A stretch of 64,000 nt of DNA from an uncultured Saprospiraceae bacterium (GCA_964550795.1 CAZKBH010000020.1:8111-72110); one strand, 5' to 3'. Shown: positions 47,204 to 57,296, counted from the first letter of the stretch. Program-made: numbers and translations. The notes: a model not told the origin generated them from the letters alone.

Positions 47204-47209
47204 AGTAAA

Positions 47210-47578
47210 ATGGAAGCAGTAGCAAAATTGAGAAACGTCCCGATGTCACCGCGCAAAATGCGCTTGGTAGTGGATAATATTCGCGGCAAAAAAGTAGTGG
47301 ATGCCCTTGGCATTCTCCGCTATACCAACAAAGAAGCCGCTATGTGGCTTGAGAAATTGGTGCTTTCTGCCGTCAGCAACTGGGAACAGAAATACGACCA
47401 GGTGGGTGGTGCGGATGAATTCGACCTCGTTATCAAAACAGCGTTCGTTGATCCAGGCACAATCATCTATCGTTTTCTTCCTGCGCCGCAAGGCCGCGCT
47501 TATCGCGTCCGCAAACGTCGCAATCACATTACCATCGTCGTCGAGAATCGCGTGGCGTTGGATAATGAAAAAGCTTAA
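47210..47578 (+). CDS. rplV: 50S ribosomal protein L22
   Basis: '[24 protein letters not shown]' and operon order. Confidence 0.95.
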   Translation: MEAVAKLRNVPMSPRKMRLVVDNIRGKKVVDALGILRYTNKEAAMWLEKLVLSAVSNWEQKYDQVGGADEFDLVIKTAFVDPGTIIYRFLPAPQGRAYRVRKRRNHITIVVENRVALDNEKA

Positions 47579-47628
47579 ACCGCTCTGAAAATCACACATT
47601 CGTACCATCTTTCATTCAGTTAAGAATA

Positions 47629-48534
47629 ATGGGTCAAAAAGCAAATCCGATTGGTAACCGTCTTGGCATCATCCGTGGTTGGGATTCCAACTGGTACGCC
47701 GACAAAGATTACGGTCTCAAAGTAGTTGAGGATGAAAAAATCCGTACCTACCTTCGCGCTCGTCGTCCAAAAACGGCCACGGCAGATCCGCGTGATCGGA
47801 ACAAACCAGTGCAGAACGGCATCAGCCGTATTGCTATCGAGCGTACCATGCGCCGAGTTACCGTCACCATCCACACCAGCCGCCCAGGTATCATCATTGG
47901 CAAAGGTGGCAAGGAAGTTGACCTGATCAAAGAAGAATTAAAAGTCCTCACTGGCAAAGAAGTTCAAATCAATATTTTTGAAATTCGCAAACCAGAGTTG
48001 GATGCAAATATTGTCGGCGAACAAATCGCTAAACAAATCGAAGCCCGGATCAACTACCGTCGTGCAATCAAAGGTGCCATTCAAGGTACCATGCGTGCCG
48101 GCGGCGAAGGAATCAAGGTCCGCATTAGCGGTCGTGTGGGCGGTGCCGAGATTGCGCGTTCTGAAGAATACAAGGAAGGGCGTACGCCACTCCATACTTT
48201 CCGCGCCGACATTGATTACGCATTGGTAGAAGCTCAAACGGTGTACGGTAAAATCGGCATCAAAGTGTGGCTCTTCAAAGGCGAAGTACTCCAAAAACGT
48301 GAACTTACGCCGTTCGCAGCAGCAGAAGGAACCGGTGGAGATCGCCGCGATGATCGTCGTGACGACCGTGGAGGCAGAGGAGGAGATGACCGCAGAGGTG
48401 GTGGTGGAGATCGCAGAGGTGGTGGCGGTGGTGACCGCAACAGAGGTGGCGGCGGTGGCGGCGGAGATCGCAGAGGCGGTGGCGGCGGTGGTGGTGACCG
48501 CAGAGGCGGCGGTGGTGGCGGAGGTCGCCGATAA
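47629..48534 (+). CDS. rpsC: 30S ribosomal protein S3 with a roughly 65-aa Gly/Arg/Asp-rich C-terminal tail
   Basis: '[23 protein letters not shown]', a KH domain, and 'GRIGGAEIAR'-type '[12 protein letters not shown]'. The tail is '[33 protein letters not shown]...'. Confidence 0.95.
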   Translation: MGQKANPIGNRLGIIRGWDSNWYADKDYGLKVVEDEKIRTYLRARRPKTATADPRDRNKPVQNGISRIAIERTMRRVTVTIHTSRPGIIIGKGGKEVDLIKEELKVLTGKEVQINIFEIRKPELDANIVGEQIAKQIEARINYRRAIKGAIQGTMRAGGEGIKVRISGRVGGAEIARSEEYKEGRTPLHTFRADIDYALVEAQTVYGKIGIKVWLFKGEVLQKRELTPFAAAEGTGGDRRDDRRDDRGGRGGDDRRGGGGDRRGGGGGDRNRGGGGGGGDRRGGGGGGGDRRGGGGGGGRR

Positions 48535-48621
48535 GTAAAAGACATTTGGCAGTAAGTATCTATAAGTTGCTGCCATCCATTCACAAACATTGATTGACAG
48601 GCTTTCTAAATCATTCAGACG

Positions 48622-49041
48622 ATGTTACAGCCCAAGCGTCAGAAATATCGCAAACAGCACAAAGGCCGCAACCGTGGCTTGGCTTTTAAAGGCAGTTCAA
48701 TTTCCTTCGGATCTTTCGCATTGAAATCCCTGGAATTCGGACGCTTAACGAGCCGCCAAATTGAGGCAGCACGTATCGCGCTCACTCGTAACATGAAACG
48801 TGAGGGTAAAGTGTGGATCCGTGTATTCCCAGACAAACCACTTACTTCTAAGCCCGCTGAGGTGCGTATGGGTAAAGGTAAAGGTGCCGTTGACCACTAT
48901 GTTGCAGAAGTGCAGCCAGGTCGTATCATCTTTGAAATTGAAGGGGTTAGCCCTGAAATTGCACTTGCTTCGCTTCGTTTGGGGGCTCAAAAACTCCCAA
49001 TGCTTTGCAAGACCGTGACACGCCACGATTACGAAGGATAA
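48622..49041 (+). CDS. rplP: 50S ribosomal protein L16
   Basis: '[16 protein letters not shown]', '[12 protein letters not shown]'. Confidence 0.97.
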   Translation: MLQPKRQKYRKQHKGRNRGLAFKGSSISFGSFALKSLEFGRLTSRQIEAARIALTRNMKREGKVWIRVFPDKPLTSKPAEVRMGKGKGAVDHYVAEVQPGRIIFEIEGVSPEIALASLRLGAQKLPMLCKTVTRHDYEG

Positions 49042-49140
49042 ATGATCAATGTGGTCAATGTGGAAAATAAGACCAATATGGTCAATTTTTCCACAGCTTG
49101 AAAAGACCACTTTGACCAAATTGACAACATTAGCACATTA
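49042..49140 (+). repeat. Intergenic hairpin element, ATGTGGTCAAT family, copy 2 (rplP-rpmC spacer)
   Basis: atcaatgtggtcaatgtgg...ccactttgaccaaattgacaacatt. Confidence 0.8.
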
Positions 49141-49146
49141 AATACA

Positions 49147-49407
49147 ATGGCAAAGGAAAAATTGAACCTCGTTGATATGAATGATGACGAACTGCGCAGT
49201 CAACTTGCCAGTGCAGAACAAGAGTATCAGCAATTGAAGTTCGACCATGCGGCTAAAGGCATTGCCAATCCCATGGAAATTCGTGAGCTGCGACGCAATG
49301 TTGCCCGCATTCTTACGGAAGGTCGTCGTCGCGAAATCGCTGCAATGAGTCCTGATGAACTCGCAACGCGTACCAAACTTCGCGCCCGCCGCCGCAGAAC
49401 ACGTTAA
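49147..49407 (+). CDS. rpmC: 50S ribosomal protein L29 (with basic C-terminal extension)
   Basis: 'LRSQLASAEQEYQQLKFDHA', 'IRELRRNVARILT', and operon order. Confidence 0.9.
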   Translation: MAKEKLNLVDMNDDELRSQLASAEQEYQQLKFDHAAKGIANPMEIRELRRNVARILTEGRRREIAAMSPDELATRTKLRARRRRTR

Positions 49408-49484
49408 GTACCGAAAGCGACCCAATTGGATCGTTCAGACGACTTAACCTTATTAACAAAGTTGAACTAATTACATCTCGATAG

Positions 49485-49748
49485 ATGGAAGCAGTAGTAA
49501 GAAAACTTCGCAAAACAAAAACAGGGGTAGTGGTTTCCACCAAAATGGATAAAACCATCTCTGTAAAGGTCGAACGCCGACTGATGCACCCGCTTTACGG
49601 TAAATTCGTAAAACGCTCCAATAAATTCTTCGCACACGACGAAGAGAATACCTGTAATGCAGGTGATTTGGTGCGCATCATGGAAACCCGCCCGCTCAGT
49701 AAAATGAAACGCTGGCGCCTGGTAGAAGTCCTTGAAAGAGCGAAATGA
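49485..49748 (+). CDS. rpsQ: 30S ribosomal protein S17
   Basis: '[19 protein letters not shown]...HPLYGK', 'KFFAHDE.N....GD.V.I.E.RPLSK.K.W'. Confidence 0.95.
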   Translation: MEAVVRKLRKTKTGVVVSTKMDKTISVKVERRLMHPLYGKFVKRSNKFFAHDEENTCNAGDLVRIMETRPLSKMKRWRLVEVLERAK

Positions 49749-49751
49749 TTT

Positions 49752-49803
49752 CTAGTTATGAGTTACAGTTAACTCATACTCATAACTCATAACTCATAAC
49801 TTA
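49752..49803 (+). repeat. Intergenic hairpin of ACTCATA/TATGAGT simple repeats (rpsQ-rplN spacer)
   Basis: agttatgagttacagttaactcatactcataactcataactcataact. Confidence 0.8.
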
Positions 49804-49811
49804 ATAAAGTC

Positions 49812-50180
49812 ATGATTCAGCAAGAGTCCCGTTTGAATGTGGCCGATAACTCCGGCGCGAAAGAAGTGCTTTGTATTCGTGTGCTGGGCCACACCCGCCA
49901 ACGCTACGCAGGTGTTGGTGACAAGATTGTGGTGACCGTGAAGGATGCTACCTCCAGTGGTGGTATCAAAAAAGGCACTGTTTCTAAAGCCGTCATCGTA
50001 CGTACCCGTAAAGAAATCCGCCGTAAAGACGGTTCCTATATTCGTTTCGACGATAACGCGGTAGTACTCCTCAATGCTTCCGACGAACCACGCGGAACCC
50101 GTATTTTCGGCCCAGTGGCACGTGAACTTCGCGATAAGGATTACATGCGTATCGTGTCACTTGCACCAGAAGTACTTTAA
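49812..50180 (+). CDS. rplN: 50S ribosomal protein L14
   Basis: '[24 protein letters not shown]'. Confidence 0.97.
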   Translation: MIQQESRLNVADNSGAKEVLCIRVLGHTRQRYAGVGDKIVVTVKDATSSGGIKKGTVSKAVIVRTRKEIRRKDGSYIRFDDNAVVLLNASDEPRGTRIFGPVARELRDKDYMRIVSLAPEVL

Positions 50181-50368
50181 AATGTGTGAAAATGTGGTCA
50201 ATGAGATAAATGTGGTCAATGTGAAAAATGTGGTCAATGAGATAAATGTGGTCAAAGTGCCATCATCTCAGCAAAAATGACTCATTAACCACATTAGCAA
50301 ATCAACCACATTGACCACATTAACCACATTGACCACATTAGTAATTAGCAATTTAGCACATTCAATAA
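50181..50368 (+). repeat. Intergenic hairpin element, ATGTGGTCAAT family, copy 3 (rplN-rplX spacer)
   Basis: Four 'aaatgtggtcaa(t/a)g' units, a loop, then 'aaccacattgaccacatt' x2-3. Confidence 0.9.
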
Positions 50369-50369
50369 A

Positions 50370-50717
50370 ATGGCTACGAAGAAAAATACAGTTAAACGCT
50401 TTGCCCCAAAACTTCACGTCCGTAAGGGCGATAAAGTGGTTGTCATTTCTGGCGACGACAAAGGAAAGACGGGCGATGTGCTACAAGTTTTCCCGGATAA
50501 AAACCGCGCAATCGTGGAAGGTATCCGAATCGTGAAAAAGCACGTAAAAGCAACCCAAACGGAATCTGGTGGCATTCAGGAAATGGAAGCAAGTATTCAT
50601 CTTTCCAACCTTGCCCACCTAGATCCAAAAAGCGGCGAAGCAACGCGCATTGGCCGTCGTGAAGAAAACGGTGTGCGCGTACGCTATTCTAAAAAATCTG
50701 GTAACGTCATCAAGTAA
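50370..50717 (+). CDS. rplX: 50S ribosomal protein L24
   Basis: '[25 protein letters not shown]' is a KOW motif. Confidence 0.95.
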   Translation: MATKKNTVKRFAPKLHVRKGDKVVVISGDDKGKTGDVLQVFPDKNRAIVEGIRIVKKHVKATQTESGGIQEMEASIHLSNLAHLDPKSGEATRIGRREENGVRVRYSKKSGNVIK

Positions 50718-51268
50718 TGAACTACGTACCTCGTCTCAAGACAAAATATCAGAAGGAAGTGGCTCCTGTACTCATGCAGCAGTTCAACTACTCCTCTGTG
50801 ATGCAAGTACCACGCATCGAAAAAGTGTGTATCAACCAAGGCATCGGTGCTGCTACTGGTGATAAGAAATTAGTGGACAATGCTGCCACTGAGCTCTCTA
50901 TCATCGTAGGCCAGAAAGCGGTTTCCACAAAGGCAAAGAAGTCGGTTTCGAACTTCAAACTCCGCGAGGGGATGCCAATTGGAGTACGGGTAACGCTGCG
51001 CGGTGATCGGATGTATGAATTTCTGGATCGTTTCCTGAACATCTCCCTCCCACGCGTTCGCGACTTCCGCGGTGTGAACGATAAGTCTTTCGATGGACAT
51101 GGTAACTACACAATGGGTATCACGGAACAGATCATATTTCCAGAAATTGACATCGAAAAGGTGAGCAAAATCATGGGTATGGACATTACCATCGTAACGA
51201 CTGCCAAAACGGATGCGGAGGCTTATGCCTTGCTGAAGGAAATTGGAATGCCGTTCGTAAAAAAATAA
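50717..51268 (+). CDS. rplE: 50S ribosomal protein L5
   Basis: 'PRLK..Y..EV...L...F.Y.SVMQVPR..K...N.G', 'FRGV....FDG.GNY..G..EQ..FPEI'. Confidence 0.97.
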   Translation: MNYVPRLKTKYQKEVAPVLMQQFNYSSVMQVPRIEKVCINQGIGAATGDKKLVDNAATELSIIVGQKAVSTKAKKSVSNFKLREGMPIGVRVTLRGDRMYEFLDRFLNISLPRVRDFRGVNDKSFDGHGNYTMGITEQIIFPEIDIEKVSKIMGMDITIVTTAKTDAEAYALLKEIGMPFVKK

Positions 51269-51301
51269 CTCAGAATCTCATTTTCAACGACATAAAGCAA
51301 T

Positions 51302-51571
51302 ATGGCAAAGAAATCCGTCATTGCCCGCGAAAATAAGCGCAAACGCATGGTAGCCAAGTACGCTGAGCTTCGCAAGAAACTCAAAGAGGCTGGAGACTAT
51401 GATGCGCTCGACAAACTCCCGCGCAACTCAAATCCTATCCGCTTGCACAACCGTTGCTTGCTGACAGGCCGTCCGAAAGGCTACATGCGTAAGTTCGGCA
51501 TCTGCCGTGTCAAATTCCGCGAAATGGCTTTGTTCGGCAAAATTCCAGGTGTAACTAAAGCCTCCTGGTAA
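51302..51571 (+). CDS. rpsN: 30S ribosomal protein S14
   Basis: 'MAKKS.IARE.KR......Y...R..LK', 'R..NRC..TGRP.GY.RKFG.CR..FRE.A..G..PGV.KASW'. Confidence 0.95.
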   Translation: MAKKSVIARENKRKRMVAKYAELRKKLKEAGDYDALDKLPRNSNPIRLHNRCLLTGRPKGYMRKFGICRVKFREMALFGKIPGVTKASW

Positions 51572-51676
51572 TAAATGTTGTTCGCCGGCAGTGTTTCATT
51601 CAAGGTCTGAATTACAAACAACGCCTTCAAAATCGAGCAACCAACAACCAACAACTATCAACTATTTTTTGATAAA

Positions 51677-52087
51677 ATGCACGTCACCGACCCGATAGCA
51701 GACTATCTCACCCGCATCCGCAATGCGCAAATGGCGGGGCATCGCATCGTCGAGATTCCGGCATCGCGCATCAAGAAATCCATGACGGAAATCTTGTACG
51801 ATCAGGGGTATATTCTCAAGTACACCTTTGAAGAAAAAACGCCGGAGAACAAGCAGGGTCTAATCAAAATCGCCCTGAAGTACGATACGGTAACCAAAAA
51901 ACCGGTCATCCGCGAACTTGTCCGTGTAAGCCGTCCAGGCCTGCGCAAGTTTTCCGGTGCCGGCGATATTCCACGCATCATCAATGGCTTGGGTATCATG
52001 ATTGTGTCCACGTCCAAAGGGGTGATGACCGACAAAAATGCCCGCGACCTCAATGTAGGTGGTGAGCTGCTTTGCTACATAAGTTGA
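51677..52087 (+). CDS. rpsH: 30S ribosomal protein S8
   Basis: 'TDPIADYLTRIRNA', 'GLGIMIVSTSKGVMTDK.AR...VGGE.LCY'. Confidence 0.97.
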   Translation: MHVTDPIADYLTRIRNAQMAGHRIVEIPASRIKKSMTEILYDQGYILKYTFEEKTPENKQGLIKIALKYDTVTKKPVIRELVRVSRPGLRKFSGAGDIPRIINGLGIMIVSTSKGVMTDKNARDLNVGGELLCYIS

Positions 52088-52175
52088 TGAAGGTTGATTA
52101 AAAGTTTATGAGCGTGAGATAATCTCCCATAAACCATCATCAACCCTCATGAACCTTTATCAACAATTAATAAAG
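52084..52175 (+). repeat. Imperfect hairpin of GATGA/TCATC-rich repeats (rpsH-rplF spacer)
   Basis: ttgatgaaggttgattaaaagtttatgag...cccataaaccatcatcaaccctcatgaacctttatcaac. Confidence 0.6.
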
Positions 52176-52188
52176 AACACACTGCGAT

Positions 52189-52749
52189 ATGTCACGCATT
52201 GGAAAATTGCCGATAAGCCTTCCTGCTAAAGTGGAAATCACGGTTGCAACCGATAACACGGTCACCGTGAAAGGCCCCAAAGGCTCGCTTAGCCAAAAGG
52301 TTGACCCTGATATCACGGTTAGCGTCGAAGATGGTACACTCACCGTGAATCGTCCAACCGATCAGAAGCGCCACCGCTCTATGCACGGCCTTTACCGCGC
52401 CCTCATCCACAACATGGTTGTTGGGGTAAGTGAAGGGTACACTCGGGAGATGGAAGTCATCGGGGTAGGTTTTCGTGTGGAAAACCAAGGCAACCTTGTT
52501 ACCTTTACCATTGGTTACTCTCACCCGGTAATCTTTTACGTTCCTTCCGAAATCAAAGTGACCACCGCCATGGAAAAAGGCCAGGCGCCACTCATTCGTT
52601 TGGAAGGGATTGATAAGGAATTGCTTGGACAAGTTTGCGCTAAAATGCGCGGCTTCCGTAAGCCAGAGCCTTACAAAGGAAAGGGTATCATGTTCAAAGG
52701 CGAACAGATTCGTCGCAAAGCGGGCAAAACCGCTGGTGGCAAGAAATAA
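52189..52749 (+). CDS. rplF: 50S ribosomal protein L6
   Basis: 'MSRIGK.PI..P..V......N.V.VKGPKG.L', 'EPYKGKGI'. Confidence 0.97.
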   Translation: MSRIGKLPISLPAKVEITVATDNTVTVKGPKGSLSQKVDPDITVSVEDGTLTVNRPTDQKRHRSMHGLYRALIHNMVVGVSEGYTREMEVIGVGFRVENQGNLVTFTIGYSHPVIFYVPSEIKVTTAMEKGQAPLIRLEGIDKELLGQVCAKMRGFRKPEPYKGKGIMFKGEQIRRKAGKTAGGKK

Positions 52750-52755
52750 ACTGGT

Positions 52756-52840
52756 CGATGGTGATTGGTATATTGGGGATTGGTGGAAACAAATTACCAC
52801 TCCACCGATTAACAAATCACCAATATACCAATCACCAACA
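52756..52840 (+). repeat. Intergenic hairpin of ATTGG/CCAAT-type repeats (rplF-rplR spacer)
   Basis: ggtgattggtatattggggattggtgg...ccaccgattaacaaatcaccaatataccaatcacc. Confidence 0.85.
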
Positions 52841-52895
52841 ACAAATCAATGCCTTCCCGGTCAGTAATCGGGATCGCCTTAATTGATATTAAAAT

Positions 52896-53237
52896 ATGAA
52901 ACGCACAAAAGAGCAAAGTCGTAAACGCATTCACATGCGTGTCCGCAAAAAAGTAAATGGTACGGCAGAGCGCCCACGTCTAAGTGTTTACCGCTCCAAC
53001 AAAGCAATTTACTGCCAGGTAATCAACGATTTGGCTGGACAGACCTTGGCTTCGGCTACTTCTTTGGGAATGACTGGTAACAATGTTACACAAGCTACTG
53101 AGGTTGGCAAATTGATTGCTGAACGCGCAAAAGCAGCAGGTATTCAAAGTGTGGTTTTTGACCGCGGTGGATATCTTTATCACGGCCGAGTAAAGGCCTT
53201 GGCTGATGGTGCTCGTGAAGGAGGTCTTCAATTCTAA
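52896..53237 (+). CDS. rplR: 50S ribosomal protein L18
   Basis: '[29 protein letters not shown]', '[26 protein letters not shown]'. Confidence 0.97.
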   Translation: MKRTKEQSRKRIHMRVRKKVNGTAERPRLSVYRSNKAIYCQVINDLAGQTLASATSLGMTGNNVTQATEVGKLIAERAKAAGIQSVVFDRGGYLYHGRVKALADGAREGGLQF

Positions 53238-53324
53238 AATGGTTATTCGAGGGTTTGTTGATTCGGTTTTATGAATGACCTTATCCACAAATCACCAAAT
53301 CCACAAATAAACAAGCTTAGCAAA

Positions 53325-53852
53325 ATGGCAAGGCAAGAAAGAGAAAAAGAAGTTTCTCGCACCAGCGAGGAATCCGGTCTCAAAGAAAAACTCGTATCGC
53401 TCAACCGCGTAGCTAAGGTTACGAAAGGTGGTCGTACGTTCACCTTCGCTGCAGTTGTAGTGGTAGGGGATGGCAAAGGCACCATCGGTCAGGGGCTTGG
53501 CAAAGCTCGCGAGGTTTCCGAAGCTATTTCCAAAGCTGTGAAAGACGCGGAAAAAAATCTCGTGAAAGTGCCTATTCTGAACGGTACTATCCCGCACGAA
53601 GCGTACGGCAAGTTTGATGCCGGACGTGTACTCATCAAGCCTGCTGCACACGGAACAGGTGTGATCGCGGGTGGAGCTATGCGCGCGGTGTTGGAGTCAG
53701 TAGGTGTTCACGACTGTCTGGCCAAATCACAGGGTTCTGCCAATCCGCACAACGTTGTGAAAGCTACCATCGCAGCACTTGCAAGCCTTCGCAGCCCTTC
53801 TGAAGTGGCGCGTCAGCGTGGCATTTCGATGGAAAAACTCTTCAAAGGATAA
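53325..53852 (+). CDS. rpsE: 30S ribosomal protein S5
   Basis: Internal ATG 53325. '[35 protein letters not shown]'. Confidence 0.93.
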   Translation: MARQEREKEVSRTSEESGLKEKLVSLNRVAKVTKGGRTFTFAAVVVVGDGKGTIGQGLGKAREVSEAISKAVKDAEKNLVKVPILNGTIPHEAYGKFDAGRVLIKPAAHGTGVIAGGAMRAVLESVGVHDCLAKSQGSANPHNVVKATIAALASLRSPSEVARQRGISMEKLFKG

Positions 53853-53924
53853 TACGTTGTTTGAACTTTGGCGCAACATTTGTTTGCGTCGAATACCAAA
53901 CGGCGCTCAACGAATACCTAAACA

Positions 53925-54104
53925 ATGAGCAAAGTAAACATCACGCTGCTGAGAAGCCCTATTGACAAGCCAAAGCGTCAAAAGCTTACCCTCACGGCAC
54001 TAGGCTTTCGCAAAATGAACCAAACTGTTCAACACGAAGCTACCCCCCAAATTGAAGGGATGCTCCGCGTGGTAGCACATTTGGTTAAAGTCGAAAATGC
54101 CTAA
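53925..54104 (+). CDS. rpmD: 50S ribosomal protein L30 (59 aa, below the ORF-track cutoff)
   Basis: Hand translation gives MSKVNITLLRSPIDKPKRQKLTLTALGFRKMNQTVQHEATPQIEGMLRVVAHLVKVENA*. The gene lies between rpsE and rplO. Confidence 0.9.
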   Translation: MSKVNITLLRSPIDKPKRQKLTLTALGFRKMNQTVQHEATPQIEGMLRVVAHLVKVENA

Positions 54105-54184
54105 GCATTTTCAACACAAGTAATTGAAATTCAATACAAATCTTGTGGCACTTCTTGGGTGCTGCATTGAAATAAAGATAAGCA

Positions 54185-54631
54185 ATGGATCTCTCTAATC
54201 TCCGTCCGGCAGAAGGTGCTACCAAAAATGGTAAACGCATCGGTCGTGGCACAGGTTCTGGCCGCGGCGGCACTTCTACCCGTGGTCACAAAGGCGACAA
54301 GGCCCGTAGCGGTGCAAAGCAAAAGCGTCACTTTGAAGGTGGCCAAACGCCTATGCAGCGTCGTTTGCCTAAGCGTGGCTTCAAGAACGTGAACCGCGTG
54401 GAGTTTGTGCCCCTTAATCTGGGTGCATTGGAAGCTCTGGTTCAAAAGACTGGCGTCAATACGTTTGATGTCGCTTCATTGGTTGCTGCTGGCGTTTCTC
54501 GTGCTTCTGACAAAATCAAAGTATTGGGAACTGGCAAGTTGGCCTCCAAAGTTACCATTAAAGTGCACGCAGCCTCGGCATCTGCCAAAGCAGCCATCGA
54601 AGCTCTCGGTGGTAGCATCGAACTCGTTTAA
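54185..54631 (+). CDS. rplO: 50S ribosomal protein L15
   Basis: 'L.NL.PAEGA.KN.KR.GRG.GSG.GGTS.RGHKG...RSG', 'FEGGQ.P...RLPKRGF'. Confidence 0.97.
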   Translation: MDLSNLRPAEGATKNGKRIGRGTGSGRGGTSTRGHKGDKARSGAKQKRHFEGGQTPMQRRLPKRGFKNVNRVEFVPLNLGALEALVQKTGVNTFDVASLVAAGVSRASDKIKVLGTGKLASKVTIKVHAASASAKAAIEALGGSIELV

Positions 54632-54645
54632 ATCTACTCCCGGTA

Positions 54646-56010
54646 ATGAAATTTTTTACCGTACTTAAAAATATCTGGAGCATCAAGGAGCTCCGCGAGC
54701 GCATTCTCTTCACGCTTGCTCTCTTGTTGATTTACCGCGTTGGTACGTTCATCGTATTGCCAGGGGTGGTGCCTGCTGCGCTCGACAAAGCAGCCCAAAA
54801 CCGCGGCGGTAATGACCTGCTCGGGTTGATCAACATCTTTACGGGTGGCGCTTTTGACAATGCCGCGATTTTTGCCTTGGGGGTAATGCCCTACATTACG
54901 GCATCCATCATTGTGCAGTTGTTGGGCTTCGCTGTGCCGTATTTCCAGCGCCTGCAAACTAAAGAAGGTGAAAGTGGTCGTAAACGTTTGAACCAAATCA
55001 CCCGACTGCTTACCGTAGCGATTTCTTTGGTTCAAGGCGGAGGTTACTTGCAACTTATGCGCAGTACTCCAGGGGCTGTTTCTCCGGATGTACCGGAAGG
55101 GTTGTTCTGGTTCGCTAATATCGTTATTCTGACTGCAGGTACAATCTTCTGTATGTGGCTTGGCGAACGGATTACAGATAAAGGGATCGGCAACGGGGTT
55201 TCTTTGATTATCATGTCTGGTATCATCGCACGACTGCCTTACGCATTCTCCTTTGAATTTGTAAAACTTTTCGGCGAGAACAAACTGTTGCTTTTCTTCG
55301 TAGAGTTGGCCTTCTTCTTTGTGATTGTCCTGGCTACTATTTTGGTCATACAGGGTGTCCGACGAATACCGATTCAGTTTGCCAAAAGAATGGTTGGCCG
55401 CACAGGTGGCACCATGCCACAGGCGAGTGCACGGGATTATCTTCCATTAAAAATCAACTCGGCTGGGGTTATGCCGATCATCTTTGCGCAAGCATTGATG
55501 TTCCTGCCTGCCACCGCCATGCAATATTTTTCAGACTCAGGTGCCACTGGTGGCGGTATTCCAATGTTTAGTGACATCTACTCTTTTGGGTACAATGCAC
55601 TGTTCTTTACCCTCATCGTAGTGTTCACGTATGTTTACACGGCCCTGATGATCAACCCTACCAACTACGCGGAGTACTTAAAGCGCAACAACGCCTTTAT
55701 ACCCGGTATAAAACCTGGGGAAGCTACTTCGGAGTACATTGACAACATCATGACACGCATCACACTCCCGGGCTCTATTTTCTTGGGTTTGTTGGGTATC
55801 CTGCCTTCGATTGCTGCAACCATGGGTGTCAACCAACAGTTCGCACTGTTCTTCGGCGGAACCACACTTCTTATCATGGTAGGGGTTGCACTCGATACAC
55901 TCCAGGTAATTGAAAGTTACCTTTTGACAAAAAAATACGATGGTCTGATCAAATCAGGCCGCATTCAAGGCCGCTCATCTTCGGGTATCCAAGTTGGTCA
56001 GCCTCAATAA
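54646..56010 (+). CDS. secY: Preprotein translocase subunit SecY
   Basis: 'LR.RILFTL.LL..YR.G..I.LPG', 'GV.PYI.ASII.QLL', 'GISLII..GI', and ten hydrophobic segments. Confidence 0.97.
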   Translation: MKFFTVLKNIWSIKELRERILFTLALLLIYRVGTFIVLPGVVPAALDKAAQNRGGNDLLGLINIFTGGAFDNAAIFALGVMPYITASIIVQLLGFAVPYFQRLQTKEGESGRKRLNQITRLLTVAISLVQGGGYLQLMRSTPGAVSPDVPEGLFWFANIVILTAGTIFCMWLGERITDKGIGNGVSLIIMSGIIARLPYAFSFEFVKLFGENKLLLFFVELAFFFVIVLATILVIQGVRRIPIQFAKRMVGRTGGTMPQASARDYLPLKINSAGVMPIIFAQALMFLPATAMQYFSDSGATGGGIPMFSDIYSFGYNALFFTLIVVFTYVYTALMINPTNYAEYLKRNNAFIPGIKPGEATSEYIDNIMTRITLPGSIFLGLLGILPSIAATMGVNQQFALFFGGTTLLIMVGVALDTLQVIESYLLTKKYDGLIKSGRIQGRSSSGIQVGQPQ

Positions 56011-56013
56011 ATT

Positions 56014-56868
56014 ATGGGCTTATTCGCTACAGCCAACGATGGCAAGCGGCTTTTTTATAAAACTGCCGTAGAGATTGAATTGATGCGGAATGCAAATTTG
56101 GTTGTTTCAAAAGCCTTGGCACACGTCGCCGGGATGTTGAAACCAGGGATTACCGGTGCAGAGATTGATAAAGCGGCAGAAGAATTCATCCGGGATCATG
56201 GTGGCCGACCAGCATTTAAAGGGTACGGCTCCCCTGAAAATCCATTTCCAGGATCTCTTTGTGTTTCTTACAATGATATCGTGGTGCATGGGATCCCAAG
56301 TAAAAGAGAATTTAAAGAAGATGATATTGTTTCGGTGGATTGTGGGGTAGAATTAGAAGGGTTTTATGGGGATGCAGCATTCACTTTTGCTTTTCAAAAA
56401 GTAGCCGAACCCACCATGGAATTGCTTCGAGTTACGTACGCTTCACTTTATCTGGGCATCGAACAAGCCATCCATGGAAAAAGAATCGGGGATATTTCTT
56501 CAGCGATTCAAGAGTACTGCGAACGGAAACATGGATACGGGGTGGTACGAGATTTAGTAGGGCATGGCGTAGGACGTTCCTTGCATGAAGACCCGGAAGT
56601 ACCCAACTATGGAAAGCGAGGCAAAGGCCCACTAATCATGGAAGGTTTGGCCCTGGCGATAGAACCAATGGTCAATTTAGGAAAAAAAGATGTGCTCCAA
56701 ACAGAAGACGGATGGACCATTCATACCCGCGACAGATCACCCAGTGCACACTATGAACATTCAGTTGTAGTGAAAAAAGGTAAGGCTGACATACTCTCTG
56801 ACCATACCTATTTACTGGAAGAAATAAAAAATAACCCTAACTTGCAGGAAATCCAACCTAAAAGTTAG
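56014..56868 (+). CDS. map: Type I methionine aminopeptidase
   Basis: 'P.FKGY......FP.SLC.S.N..VVHGIP', 'D.V..D.G......YGD.A.TF', 'VRD..GHG.G...HE.P.V.NY', 'LAIEPM'. Confidence 0.93.
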   Translation: MGLFATANDGKRLFYKTAVEIELMRNANLVVSKALAHVAGMLKPGITGAEIDKAAEEFIRDHGGRPAFKGYGSPENPFPGSLCVSYNDIVVHGIPSKREFKEDDIVSVDCGVELEGFYGDAAFTFAFQKVAEPTMELLRVTYASLYLGIEQAIHGKRIGDISSAIQEYCERKHGYGVVRDLVGHGVGRSLHEDPEVPNYGKRGKGPLIMEGLALAIEPMVNLGKKDVLQTEDGWTIHTRDRSPSAHYEHSVVVKKGKADILSDHTYLLEEIKNNPNLQEIQPKS

Positions 56869-56904
56869 ACATTTGCACCCCGAAATCCAAAGAGGCCGAT
56901 TTTT

Positions 56905-57123
56905 ATGGCAAAAGAAGATATTATCAAACAAGATGGCGTGGTTTCCGAAGCCCTTTCCAACGCGAACTTCAAAGTTCAACTGGAAAATGGCCACGTAATC
57001 TTAGCGACCATCTCAGGCAAAATGCGGATGCACTACATCCGGATTCTGCCAGGCGACAAAGTCTCTGTCGAGATGTCGCCATACGACCTGACAAGAGGGC
57101 GCATCATTTACCGCTACAAGTAA
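56905..57123 (+). CDS. infA: Translation initiation factor IF-1
   Basis: '[24 protein letters not shown]...[33 protein letters not shown]'. Confidence 0.97.
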   Translation: MAKEDIIKQDGVVSEALSNANFKVQLENGHVILATISGKMRMHYIRILPGDKVSVEMSPYDLTRGRIIYRYK

Positions 57124-57179
57124 CTTGTTGATTGACAAGTTCTTAAATTACTTTTTGCAAACCGACAACTCGTCACGAT

Positions 57180-57296
57180 ATGAAAGTCAGACCGTCCATC
57201 AAAAAGCGTTCTGTTGATTGCAAGATTGTTCGCCGGAAAGGCAAACTCTACGTCATCAACAAAAAGAACCCTAAATTCAAACAACGTCAAGGCTAA
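57180..57296 (+). CDS. rpmJ: 50S ribosomal protein L36 (38 aa, below the ORF-track cutoff)
   Basis: Hand translation gives [38 protein letters not shown]. Confidence 0.92.
   Translation: MKVRPSIKKRSVDCKIVRRKGKLYVINKKNPKFKQRQG

Noticed and set aside
46851-47205. ORFs translating as 'VNVVNEMNVANV...' and similar (also 50074-50280, 50311-50535, 58082-58432, 57851-58095)
   Set aside because: They are read-through of the ATGTGGTCAAT repeat elements. The periodic low-complexity peptides are a by-product of the DNA repeat, not genes.
47938-48590. Minus-strand ORFs, including a poly-Pro '[14 protein letters not shown]' protein
   Set aside because: They are the reverse-complement reading of the GGN-rich S3 tail and S3 body, so they are artefacts of the repeat.
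52192-52815. 207-codon minus-strand ORF
   Set aside because: It is antisense to rplF (L6) and runs into the repeat spacer, so it is a shadow ORF.
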